NCBI GenBank assembly: GCA_052389415.1
Contig: JBQTHX010000018.1
Location: 1-64,000, forward strand
Direction: 5' to 3'
DNA: 64,000 nucleotides
Source of the DNA: Nitrosopumilaceae archaeon
Lineage (GTDB): Archaea; Thermoproteota; Nitrososphaeria; Nitrososphaerales; Nitrosopumilaceae
The first letter of the stretch is position 1. Every line of letters starts with the position of its first letter. Shown here piece by piece: positions 1 to 9,910 of this stretch. Both the position numbers and the translations under genes were made by a program. Below the pieces are notes generated by a model. The model was given only the letters and a program-made list of their open reading frames with translations, was not told the DNA's origin and did no database searches.

Positions 1-1
1 A

Positions 2-1138
2 CTAGCAGACATTACAGTAACAAACGGCGTGGCAAGCAATCTTGCAGGCGGTCCAAGTGTATACACATTTGATGTCACTCCAGCAGGTCAAGGATTAGTA
101 TCAGTAGATGTAGGTGCAGGTGTTGCAGAGGATTCTACAGGAAATGGCAACAATGCAGCTGCGACACTTAACAGAACATATGATACTACAACACCAACAG
201 TATCAAGTGTTTCGTCTCCAACGGCAAACGGCACATACGGTGTAGGATCCACTATTCCAGTAACTGTGACCTTTACTGAAGCAGTTTTCGTTACAGGAAC
301 TCCACAACTTCAGCTTGAAACAGGTACTGTTGACAGACAAGCAAACTATGCTAGCGGTTCTGGTACTACCGTTCTCACTTTTAATTATGTAGTACAAACA
401 GGTGACTCTTCGTTAGATCTTGATTATGTTTCCACCACATCGCTTGCACTAAACGGTGGTACAGTCAGAGATACTGCATCAAATAACGCAGTCCTTACTC
501 TTCCAGCAACAGGTTCTGCAGGCTCACTTGGTGGAAGCAACGCAATAGTGATTGATACAACAATACCGACACCGACTGCTAATAATCAATCAGTAAACAC
601 AAATGAAAATAATGCTGTGTTGATCACATTGTCAGGTTCTGATCCGGAAGGAGATCCACTATCCTTCTACACTGTATCAGAACCCTCTAATGGCGTTCTA
701 AGTCTTATCAATCCTGTCAATAATCAAATATGGTATACTCCTTGGGATTACTTCGATGGTCCAGATAGCTTTACTTTTATTGTAAGTGATGGTGAAACAG
801 ACAGTGCACCTGCAACAGTGAGCATTAACGTTGTTAATACTACTACAGATACCACAAACAGATTGCTTGTAATCAGCATTCTAGAGAATTGGGACACTGT
901 TACTGGATACTTTACTAATTTGTTACAAGGCGGTGTAAGTATCGAATTTGGTTTCACACCTGCAGAGTTTGATCTTAACAATGGACAACAATATACAGTT
1001 GAAGTTTCAGATTTTGGTAATGTATGCTTTGACCATTGGTTAGATACAGGTTCAACTAGTCCTACTAGAGACATTACTACAACAGGTGATACTTTGCTTA
1101 CCGCAGTCTACAGAGAAGATCCTGTTCCATGTCCTTGA
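2..1138 (+). CDS. 3' part of a large surface protein with tandem Ig-like/cadherin-like domains (5'-truncated by window)
   Basis: The frame is open from position 2. T/S/G/V-rich beta-sandwich repeats (TTPTVSSVSS...VTVTFTEAV.VTGTPQLQLETG; TANNQSVNTNENNAVLITLSGSDPEGDPL...GPDSFTF). Confidence 0.75.
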   Translation, partial: LADITVTNGVASNLAGGPSVYTFDVTPAGQGLVSVDVGAGVAEDSTGNGNNAAATLNRTYDTTTPTVSSVSSPTANGTYGVGSTIPVTVTFTEAVFVTGTPQLQLETGTVDRQANYASGSGTTVLTFNYVVQTGDSSLDLDYVSTTSLALNGGTVRDTASNNAVLTLPATGSAGSLGGSNAIVIDTTIPTPTANNQSVNTNENNAVLITLSGSDPEGDPLSFYTVSEPSNGVLSLINPVNNQIWYTPWDYFDGPDSFTFIVSDGETDSAPATVSINVVNTTTDTTNRLLVISILENWDTVTGYFTNLLQGGVSIEFGFTPAEFDLNNGQQYTVEVSDFGNVCFDHWLDTGSTSPTRDITTTGDTLLTAVYREDPVPCP

Positions 1139-1385
1139 CTTTACACTAGTTCCTAAAGAAGAAAAATTTGAATATGAATATCTCATCATTAGAAATAATT
1201 AATACTTGCAATACGATTGGTACGTATGCAAAACAAGTTTGAAACCAATCGATTAGAAATTAACGATCAATTGTTTCCAAAATTGAAACAATAGGATAAA
1301 TATGATTTGAAACTTTTAGCTTTGCGGAGAATGAAAAGATGTGGACAGAACTTTTTAATCTAGTGTTCATAAACTTACAATAGAA

Positions 1386-2384
1386 GTGCTTTCAGTAGAA
1401 AAAAAAGATAATAGTCAAAAAACTCAATGGAGGATCGAAGACATACTCGAAGGAGTCTCAGAAGATGAGTTTTTTGTAGACGGTAACTTGGATAAGAAAA
1501 TAACTGACATTGCGTCGCTAGGTGAAGCCACTGATACAGATCTGGCATTTTGTTCTTCCAACAACACAGAAGCAATCAAAAAAATCACAGAATCAAAGGC
1601 AGGTATAATACTGTGCAACAAGAGTCTACGACTTCACGTTTATCCAAAAGAAGGTTCGCAGCTAGTATTCTTGGATAATCCTAGGCTTAGTTTTGTGTCA
1701 TTTGCAAATAGAATGCAGGTTACACAAAAAAATTTCAGACAAGAAACAACAATTTCACAATCATCGATTATTGCAAAGGATGCCATCATTGGTCCGAATT
1801 GCTACATCGGCAATTTCGTTTCTATAGGAAATAACTGTATTATTGGTGAGAACACTGTAATACATGACAGAGTAACTTTATCTCATAATGTAAAAATTGG
1901 AAAAAATTGTGTTCTCCAATCGGGAGTTACATTGGGCGAAGACGGATTCGCATATGAAAGACATGAGAACAATAAACTGGAAAAATTCCCTCATAAAGGA
2001 GGAGTCATAATTGGAGACAGCGTTGAGATTTGTGCTAACACGGACATTGCACGGGGATCGTTATCAGACACCGTGATATCTGATGGTACAAAAATCGATG
2101 CCATGGTACACATTGCTCATAATGTGAAAATTGGAAAAAATTGTATGATAACAGGTGGAACAGTGATCGGTGGGAGCGCGGTATTAGGTGATTCGTGCTG
2201 GACAGGATTGAATTGTACAATAAAAAACAAAATTACTATTGGTAACAACGTGCTTGTTGGAGCAGGTGCATGTGTCATATGTAATGTACCTGATGGAGAT
2301 ATAGTGGCTGGGGTTCCAGCAAAATCAATCAAAGGCAAAGTTTCTAGTAACGAAATCTTTTTGATGTCAGGACAAAAAATGTAG
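1386..2384 (+). CDS. LpxD-like hexapeptide-repeat acyl/acetyltransferase
   Basis: N-terminal LpxD-like domain (IASLGEA..TDLAF; DNPRLSF), hexapeptide repeats, GEDGFAY and KIDAMVHIAHNV motifs. Confidence 0.8.
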   Translation: MLSVEKKDNSQKTQWRIEDILEGVSEDEFFVDGNLDKKITDIASLGEATDTDLAFCSSNNTEAIKKITESKAGIILCNKSLRLHVYPKEGSQLVFLDNPRLSFVSFANRMQVTQKNFRQETTISQSSIIAKDAIIGPNCYIGNFVSIGNNCIIGENTVIHDRVTLSHNVKIGKNCVLQSGVTLGEDGFAYERHENNKLEKFPHKGGVIIGDSVEICANTDIARGSLSDTVISDGTKIDAMVHIAHNVKIGKNCMITGGTVIGGSAVLGDSCWTGLNCTIKNKITIGNNVLVGAGACVICNVPDGDIVAGVPAKSIKGKVSSNEIFLMSGQKM

Positions 2385-2410
2385 AAAACCCATGAGATGA
2401 TAACATTCCT

Positions 2411-3121
2411 TTGCAAATAAAAACTGAAATTAATTTTTCTAAAACTGGAATCTATATACCGCTATATGTATACCCTGCAAATACTGGTTGGCATCAGTGG
2501 GAGATCCTAATCAGATCCAAGCTTGCACATCCATCAGTTCCTTTTGTTGTAGTCATAAATCCATCTAATGGTGCCGGTATAAACAAAGACAACAATTACG
2601 TCATTGGAATTAACAATCTAAAATCTGCTGGAATAACTGTTATTGGTTACGTGTATACAGGCTATGGAACTAGAGATATGGATGATGTAAAGTCAGAAAT
2701 AGAAAAATACAGAGATTGGTACAATGTGGATGGAATAATGTTTGATGAAATGTCAAACAAGCCTGGATACGAAACATATTATGAGATTTTAGCGAGACAT
2801 GCTAAATCTAATGGAATGAGATTGACAAAGGGAAACCCAGGCACCTTAATGCCACCAAGTTATACTAGTACAGTAGATAATTTTGTAATCTATGAAAATT
2901 CTGGGTATCCAGATCTGATTAGAATAAAAGAATTGCACACAGACTATAACAAAAAAAATTTATCTTTTGTTTCATACGGGATAACAAGACTTGATACACA
3001 ATATGTGATTAAGGCATCCAATTATGTAGGATTGATGTATATTACAGACAGTGTTTTACCCAATCCATACGATTCTATTCCAAGCTATTTTGAAAACTTG
3101 GTTTCAATATTGGATACTTGA
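2411..3121 (+). CDS. Spherulation-specific family 4 / GH135 (Sph3-like) glycoside hydrolase
   Basis: IPLYVYP, VINPSNG.G, IGYVYTGYG.R, DGIMFDE and NPG motifs. Confidence 0.85.
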   Translation: MQIKTEINFSKTGIYIPLYVYPANTGWHQWEILIRSKLAHPSVPFVVVINPSNGAGINKDNNYVIGINNLKSAGITVIGYVYTGYGTRDMDDVKSEIEKYRDWYNVDGIMFDEMSNKPGYETYYEILARHAKSNGMRLTKGNPGTLMPPSYTSTVDNFVIYENSGYPDLIRIKELHTDYNKKNLSFVSYGITRLDTQYVIKASNYVGLMYITDSVLPNPYDSIPSYFENLVSILDT

Positions 3122-3128
3122 CAATTTC

Positions 3129-4145
3129 TTAGTTTGTTTGAAGCAATAGATTTTTTGTAAAATAGTTTTTAAAAATTGTCAATCCTGATTCTAAGTCAAC
3201 ATTAGCTTTGAATCCAAGTACCTCTCTTATCTTAGAAATGTTTGCCGAACCATCTTTGATTTCTCCAACCCGCTCGTTCTCAAAGATTGGTGGCAAATTC
3301 TTGTCAAAAATTTTCATCATCATTAACACAAGTTCAATTATGTTAACCGATTTTCCAGTTGCCACATTGAATGTTTGGTAACCATGGGTAACTTCTTTTG
3401 ATTGTGCGGCCAACATTAGTGCTTGAACAATATCTCCTACATATACAAAATCTCTTGTCTGTTTTCCATCTCCATAAATTAGTGGTGGCAATCCCTTTGA
3501 TAGTCTCTCTGCAAATTTGGTAATGACCCCGGCATATTGTGGGTTCTGACCTTCTCCGTAAACGTTGAAAAATCGTAAGGACACGCCTTTATTTATCTTG
3601 CCAGAAAAAACATATGAGCATAATAGTGCTTCCCCCGACACCTTACTTGCCCCATACGGAGATATGGGCTCTAAAACATGATCCTCTCTAATAGGGAGTA
3701 ATTTAGGTTCACCATAAACAGCCCCACTTGAGGCAAAAACAAATGTTTCCACTAGATTCTCCGCACATCCATCAAGTACATTAAGCGTGCCATATTCGTT
3801 AGTAGCGAATGTTTCTTCTGGATTTGAGATTGAATCAACTACGCTAACTTTTGCTGCAAGATGGATGCAAGTATCAAACTGTTCCTTCTCAAAAATTTTT
3901 AAGACGATTTCCCGGTCCCTAATATCTCCAGAGATAAAGGTGATCTGGTTATTCTCCGAAAAAAAATCAACTGCATTTTCAAAATTGGAATTAACAGACA
4001 AATCATTAAACCCAAAAATGGTTTTGACATTTTCAATTGGTTTTATGTCTAACACAGTAATTTTCAAATTGCTTTGTGTTGATAATTTTTTGACCATGTG
4101 ATGCCCAATAAATCCCAATCCTCCCGTTACCAAAACATTTTTCAT
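3129..4145 (-). CDS. NAD-dependent nucleotide-sugar epimerase (UDP-Glc/GlcNAc 4-epimerase-like)
   Basis: VTGGLGFIG, HLAA, SSGAVYG, YGASK, RFFNVYG and GKQTRDFVYV motifs. Confidence 0.9.
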   Translation of the reverse strand: MKNVLVTGGLGFIGHHMVKKLSTQSNLKITVLDIKPIENVKTIFGFNDLSVNSNFENAVDFFSENNQITFISGDIRDREIVLKIFEKEQFDTCIHLAAKVSVVDSISNPEETFATNEYGTLNVLDGCAENLVETFVFASSGAVYGEPKLLPIREDHVLEPISPYGASKVSGEALLCSYVFSGKINKGVSLRFFNVYGEGQNPQYAGVITKFAERLSKGLPPLIYGDGKQTRDFVYVGDIVQALMLAAQSKEVTHGYQTFNVATGKSVNIIELVLMMMKIFDKNLPPIFENERVGEIKDGSANISKIREVLGFKANVDLESGLTIFKNYFTKNLLLQTN

Positions 4146-4266
4146 AAAATAAATTTAAAAAAGACTGATAAAAGCGTTCTTCCCAAATTTGGAATTAAGA
4201 ATTTATTCGATCTGATATGTTATGACAATGATTTAATACCAGAAAAAAGTATACAAAATTACAATT

Positions 4267-4995
4267 ATGCAAGAAAAAAAAATTGAACCAGCTGATCATG
4301 ATTGGTATCATAGAATAGCTGATCAATCAAATTCATGGCTTATTGCAACAAATCTTGAAGAAGAAGGAAATCTTGAAGAAGCAATAAAAATTTACCTAAA
4401 AGATGCTACACAGTGTTGGGGAAAAGGTTCACTTGTAAAAGCTGGGTTGTCTTGTGCATGTGCAGCAAACTGTCTAGAAAAGATAGGCTTTGCAAAGATT
4501 GCCCGAGCACTTTACTTGGAATCTGCCACGATATTTGAAAAGAACGCTCATGATGTAATAGATTTTTCAATAAGAGAAGCACTTTGGTCTTTGCAACGAG
4601 CCTATGAAAGCTACATTCTATCAGACTCGATAAAGAAAGCCGAAGAATTGCTCAAAAATTACAGATCATTATTATTGAAGACTAGTCCGTTCATGGGAAT
4701 CGAGGAACAAAACAACGCTCTCTCAATAGGTGAAATAGATTGGAATTCTGCCAAATTTAGGTTAGATTATATCGAGAATATACCAAAAATAAAACAATCC
4801 AGTAATTCAAGTCCGATACCACCCGATCTGTCCATTTCACTTGACACCTTTCTGCAAGCTAGGGCATCAAACATACGCGTAAATGATCTTACCAGTGAAG
4901 CAAAATCGCCCTCGCCAGATGAGGGAGAGCATGATAAGATGCCCATTAGTTTAAAGAAAGGAGAAGAAAAACGTGAAAACAATTCTGATGATTAA
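4267..4995 (+). CDS. Hypothetical helical-repeat (TPR/SNAP-like) protein
   Basis: 242-aa ORF with repeated helical patterns (A..YL..A, A..LY.ESA..FE). Overlaps the GT4 start. Confidence 0.55.
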   Translation: MQEKKIEPADHDWYHRIADQSNSWLIATNLEEEGNLEEAIKIYLKDATQCWGKGSLVKAGLSCACAANCLEKIGFAKIARALYLESATIFEKNAHDVIDFSIREALWSLQRAYESYILSDSIKKAEELLKNYRSLLLKTSPFMGIEEQNNALSIGEIDWNSAKFRLDYIENIPKIKQSSNSSPIPPDLSISLDTFLQARASNIRVNDLTSEAKSPSPDEGEHDKMPISLKKGEEKRENNSDD

Positions 4996-6493
4996 CTGGG
5001 ATAACTATCCCAATATCGCATCCGGAGGAGTCTATGAATGGGCAAAATCTCTCATCGATGGGTTGACTGATTATCAATTCGTAGTTGTAAATTGTCTGTC
5101 TAATCCAAATGTAAGTGGTAAATATAAAATTCCTGACCATGTTATCAAGGTAATTGAACTTCCTTTGTTTGGATGCCAAAGGTATGAGGAATTTTACAGA
5201 CACGAGGATTCCACATTGCTTTCAAAAATAATGAAAACCCACAAATCATTTATTGAAAATGAATTCATTTCTGCATATAAAGAATTTATTTCAGAATTAA
5301 TCTCTGACACTTGTGATTCCAGCAGATTGGAATCAATAATTTTCAAATTACATCAAATGTTAGTTGATCATGATAGTAAAAAGTGTCTAGAAGATCCACT
5401 GGTCTTTAAAACCTTCATTGATTATCTTCAACAAGATTATTTGTATAAACATGTTCCATTAAAAGACGCAGAAGCATTTTTTCAATTTATTCAAAGAATC
5501 ATACAAATTTTATCGATAAAACTTCCTCATGTAGATTTAATTCATTCATCAAACGCCTGGTTCCCATCTATGATAGGTATGTGTGCAAAAATTGAGAACA
5601 ACTGCCCTATGGTTGTCACAGAACATGGAATAGCCTACAAGGACTTGTTGTTAAACCAATGGAGATACATGGATAACGGCGCATCAAGTATTTTATGGAA
5701 GACTCTTCTTGGCAATATTTCAAAAACTGTGTGTAAAAGCGCGGATGTCCTGGCGCCTGTGTGCTATGCTAACTCATACTTTGAACAATCTTTGGGTCTG
5801 GATAAATCCAGAATTAAAGTCATCCATAACGGAGTTGATACCAAAAGATTCAAACCTATAGATGAATCGCAACAAAAAGAAAACGATGAAAAAACAATTA
5901 GCGAGTATCATAAATCACCTTTGAGTCTTGCATCTACGTCACAACATCGTCGACCAACTGTAGTTTATGTCGGAAGAATTGAATTACTAAAGGATGTAGG
6001 GAACTTGATAGAGGCAATAAAATTCGTAAAACAGAGAATCACAGATGTTCTTTGTTTGATTTATGGAACGTCCAATGATCTAGAGTATGCTAAACATTGT
6101 TATCAACTTGTTAAGGATTTCCAATTAGAAGAAAACATCAAATTCATGGGAAAAACCAATCAGCCAGAGGTTGCTTACAACTCTGCAGACGTTGTTGTAC
6201 TAAGCAGTATCAGAGAAGGTTTTCCTTTTTCAGTGCTTGAAGGTATGGCTTGCGGCAAACCTATCGTCTCTACAGACTGTGGAGGAATTAGAGAGGCAAT
6301 GGAAAATTATGGTTTACTTGTAAAACCTCGGCATGCTAGTGAGCTAGGATGGGCAATTTCCAAATTACTAAAAGATAGCAACCTGCGAACACAAATGGGG
6401 GTTGGTGCAAAAGATAGCTCTCAAATGGACTTCTCAATGGAACATTTCCTAAATAACTACAGGAATCTGTATGTGGAATTAGTTTCAAGATAG
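4973..6493 (+). CDS. PelF-like GT4 glycosyltransferase (DUF3492-type N-terminus)
   Basis: YP...GGVYEW...LI N-terminal motif, TEHGI, NGVD..RF, GRI...KDV, SS.REGFP.SVLEGMACG. Confidence 0.85.
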   Translation: MKTILMINWDNYPNIASGGVYEWAKSLIDGLTDYQFVVVNCLSNPNVSGKYKIPDHVIKVIELPLFGCQRYEEFYRHEDSTLLSKIMKTHKSFIENEFISAYKEFISELISDTCDSSRLESIIFKLHQMLVDHDSKKCLEDPLVFKTFIDYLQQDYLYKHVPLKDAEAFFQFIQRIIQILSIKLPHVDLIHSSNAWFPSMIGMCAKIENNCPMVVTEHGIAYKDLLLNQWRYMDNGASSILWKTLLGNISKTVCKSADVLAPVCYANSYFEQSLGLDKSRIKVIHNGVDTKRFKPIDESQQKENDEKTISEYHKSPLSLASTSQHRRPTVVYVGRIELLKDVGNLIEAIKFVKQRITDVLCLIYGTSNDLEYAKHCYQLVKDFQLEENIKFMGKTNQPEVAYNSADVVVLSSIREGFPFSVLEGMACGKPIVSTDCGGIREAMENYGLLVKPRHASELGWAISKLLKDSNLRTQMGVGAKDSSQMDFSMEHFLNNYRNLYVELVSR

Positions 6494-6605
6494 GATTGAA
6501 TTTTGGTGATAAGGATGAAACAGTTTGTTTATTCAAAGGTTCGCATGCTTTCCTTTTCTATTTTAGAGTATCAAATCATGCCAGCTAGAGTGGAGAAACC
6601 AGAAA

Positions 6606-8345
6606 TTGGATAAAATAATTTCTCCAGTTGATGAAAAGAATCAGCTTTCGTCAGACATGCTATTGTTTATTGGCAAAACAGCTCGCTCTGTTTCAGAAAT
6701 TCAAGAGGGCGTTAACAATGTTGCTGACGTTGTATCATTTTTGGAGCTTTTGGGAATCTCTGAAAGGGTTGCAAAGGAAAAAGGATTTGCAAGTCTACTA
6801 GAACTTTCTCGATATGTCTATAATTTTGTAGAATTTTATGATGAAAAAAAATATTCTAACGTTAGCCGTACACAATTGATATCTAAAACCCAAAATCAAA
6901 CAGATTCTAACATTCAAGATGATGAGAAAATAAAGCCAAATAATTCTTTTGTAAAACTTCCTAGTCTGGGAGAGAAACTCACAGAGGCTCTCAGTTTCTA
7001 TTCTCCGTGGCTTACTGCAATAATTCTGCTAAACATTACGGGCTCTTCACTTTGGATGGTCACTACTCTTCCTGCAGGATTCAATACTTTTTTTATTTCA
7101 GGAGTTTTCTTGGGAATAGTACTGACCGAAGGTATAATGCAAATGTTTGGTAGAATACTCTCATCTTCCTTCGGGCAAAAGAATCTGTCTGAGTTTAAGA
7201 GAGCTCTCTTCAGAACTTATGTGTTAACTGGAGTTATTCTTGCTGCCGCCTCTGGCATAATTGCTCTTGTAGGCCTAGCTGCGAATTTCCCTGCTTCCCT
7301 TACTATGATACTTATCGGTGCCGCGGCATCAATATCGCTTCATAGAGCAAGCTTCCTGATAATGTACGCACTAAAGAAATTCAAGAGTCTTTTAGCATCT
7401 TATACAGGCGGATTCATATCGCTTTTGAGTATTTACTATCTGATCCCATTAGAGATGATTCCAGATGTAACTACGCGTTATTTCTTAGCCCTTGGTACTG
7501 CCTTTGGTGTACTAAGCAGTTTTTCATTATATTATCACTATAAAATTCTCAAAGGAATAGGTCCTTCTCTATTAAGTGAAGAAAACCCACCAAATTTCTA
7601 CAACCCACCAGCTGAAATTAAAAATACCATTAAATCAAAATTCAAAGTTCAATTCTGGGAGTCGCTACCTTATTTTATCTTTGGAACATTTTACTTTGTT
7701 CTAATCTTTGTAGACAGAGTGTTATCTTGGATTTTCAATGATTTCCTTTACGTTGCCTCCAACGGGACAGCACTTCCATTTGTTTTTAATTCAAATTATC
7801 ACGCAGGTGCTGATTGGGCACTGATAATTCTGATCCCTACTATAATAATTCAACATGTAGTAATGGCTCCAATTCATCATACTGCAAGTAACAAATTGGC
7901 TACGCTAAAAATTTCGGAAACTGACAAGCTAAGTATATTCTTGAAACGAAAATACTTTGAACTAATAATAATCTCTTTGGTCGCATCTTCAATACCTGCG
8001 ATACTTCTAAACGTTTTTGGTGAAGAATTAATGAATTTAGCACAGGGTTCGGAAACAAGTCTTAGGATAATGCAATATGCATCAATTGCAAACGTATTGC
8101 TATCGATATTTATGGCTAATAGCCTGTTCATTAACTTCTTAAACAAAGCCAAGATTTCCGCATTGATTGTATGCATAGGAGCTGGTGTTGTAATTGTTAG
8201 TGGTTGGATATTTGGTGAACAAGGATTTGAAAACATAATCTATGCGTATCTTCTTGGTGCAGCAATAGCAACAATAGCGTCAACTCTGTTTGTAATTAAA
8301 TACATTCAAAACTCCGCAATGCGTTTCTTAGGAAGATATAGTTAA
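6606..8345 (+). CDS. PelG-like multi-pass polysaccharide export membrane protein
   Basis: About 12 hydrophobic segments, F.DR..SW motif, directly follows the PelF-like GT4. Confidence 0.65.
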   Translation: MDKIISPVDEKNQLSSDMLLFIGKTARSVSEIQEGVNNVADVVSFLELLGISERVAKEKGFASLLELSRYVYNFVEFYDEKKYSNVSRTQLISKTQNQTDSNIQDDEKIKPNNSFVKLPSLGEKLTEALSFYSPWLTAIILLNITGSSLWMVTTLPAGFNTFFISGVFLGIVLTEGIMQMFGRILSSSFGQKNLSEFKRALFRTYVLTGVILAAASGIIALVGLAANFPASLTMILIGAAASISLHRASFLIMYALKKFKSLLASYTGGFISLLSIYYLIPLEMIPDVTTRYFLALGTAFGVLSSFSLYYHYKILKGIGPSLLSEENPPNFYNPPAEIKNTIKSKFKVQFWESLPYFIFGTFYFVLIFVDRVLSWIFNDFLYVASNGTALPFVFNSNYHAGADWALIILIPTIIIQHVVMAPIHHTASNKLATLKISETDKLSIFLKRKYFELIIISLVASSIPAILLNVFGEELMNLAQGSETSLRIMQYASIANVLLSIFMANSLFINFLNKAKISALIVCIGAGVVIVSGWIFGEQGFENIIYAYLLGAAIATIASTLFVIKYIQNSAMRFLGRYS

Positions 8346-8470
8346 TTTTTTTGTAACTCTAATCTTGGAAAAATTTTTTGTAAACCAATAAATAGAATAA
8401 ATGGTTAAACAATCTAACTTTACAAGTGATATTGTAAAAATATTATCAATCTCAATGGTTTATTTTATGC

Positions 8471-9439
8471 TCAAGTCTTTTTATCAAGAGAAGCACTAGG
8501 AATTTTTTTATACATACTTAGCTCTTCTTTTAACATGCTTATTTCATCTTTGTACTTTGTTATGGCATTTTTTATCTCACTTAGTTCATTTTTAAACGCT
8601 TTTGTCTTTCTTGAATTGTTCCCGATTCTCCTGATATTGTTAGAACTTAAGGACATATCATAACTTATCTGTGGAGCTATAGAATCAAAATTTGTCATTT
8701 TTTCGTTAGAAAGTCCAGCATTTACGGCATACAACTTGTTTTTGTATATCTCATTTTCTGCGGTTAAGGCAGAAACTGAATTCTTGTATTGTCGAATCTG
8801 ATTTTTTAATCCTATTACTTCCTTATGGTAAGGAGAGCTTCCATTCTTGAAAACCCTAAGAATCTCAAACGCTTCACACAGTCTGCCTGATAGGCGACAT
8901 TGAGATGCTCTAAACTTGGCTATGCCTTCTAGTCCCTCGATAAACGTCCTGTCTGCCTGAGATTTGTGCTTCTTTAGTGCTGACATCTTCACATGAAATG
9001 TTTTAGTTACATCCACAAAAAGCTGAGGATTAAAGGATGAAATGAGACTAAGATCCTCATAACTGTATAGCTCTCTTACGGTACGAGCTGCAGACATGCT
9101 TGCTCTTGCTATCGCCCTATGATCTTGATGTCTGTCATTTTGTGAATGAGTATATACGATATCGATGTCGTTCTTTTTTATGATATTATCTAAGAATGTG
9201 ACAAGAGACGCATTTTCTCTTACATCTCCATCTGGAAAATTTCCATAATGTAGTTTCATATCTATTTCTTTTGCTGTAGCTTCCTGTTCTAGACGTCTTG
9301 TGCCCACGTCACCACCTAATTCTCCATTTGTAATCATAGCCCCAAAAATTTCATCACCTTCAAGATAATGTTTTGCCAAAGTAGCAAAGCAGCCAATCTC
9401 AATGTCATCAGGATGAGCTCCTATTGCTAAAATATTCAT
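8471..9439 (-). CDS. PIG-L/LmbE-family N-acetylhexosamine deacetylase with C-terminal coiled coils
   Basis: AHPDD.E.G and D.HQDH motifs. C-terminal ~120 aa are heptad-rich. Confidence 0.85.
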   Translation of the reverse strand: MNILAIGAHPDDIEIGCFATLAKHYLEGDEIFGAMITNGELGGDVGTRRLEQEATAKEIDMKLHYGNFPDGDVRENASLVTFLDNIIKKNDIDIVYTHSQNDRHQDHRAIARASMSAARTVRELYSYEDLSLISSFNPQLFVDVTKTFHVKMSALKKHKSQADRTFIEGLEGIAKFRASQCRLSGRLCEAFEILRVFKNGSSPYHKEVIGLKNQIRQYKNSVSALTAENEIYKNKLYAVNAGLSNEKMTNFDSIAPQISYDMSLSSNNIRRIGNNSRKTKAFKNELSEIKNAITKYKDEISMLKEELSMYKKIPSASLDKKT

Positions 9440-9910
9440 TCATTTGACCATCAACAAAGCTGGGAAATAAATAATTCCTCCCAAAAATGGGAAATTCTAA
9501 AATTACCATATAATGATCCTGTTAATTTTCCTTTTTTAGAAAATTTTTTACAAAAATTAGATAAATATGTAAACTTTAAAATTGTATTTTCAAACAAATA
9601 TTCCGAAATTTTTTCTAGTTGTCGTTGTGAGAAAAAAATTCCAGCTTTTGGTAATGACATGTTGACACACTAAATGGAGATTAAAATAAAAACTATCTTG
9701 CCTAATTTTTTGACTAACCTTTTTTCGATCCGATTTGATAGACACTTCTTTTCTCTAAAACCAATATCAAATAATTTTCAAGAACTTGTGTCATAACTGT
9801 CTACTTTGTATGTTACCTGCTTGGCCTGTGATCGAGAAAAACATGCACTAATTTTATGATTTCTTCACAAAATCCAAGGAAAGTTTATTCATCTAAACGG
9901 AAGACTATCG

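Noticed and set aside
1386-2384. Lipid A biosynthesis
   Set aside because: Archaeal context and no other lpx genes in the window.
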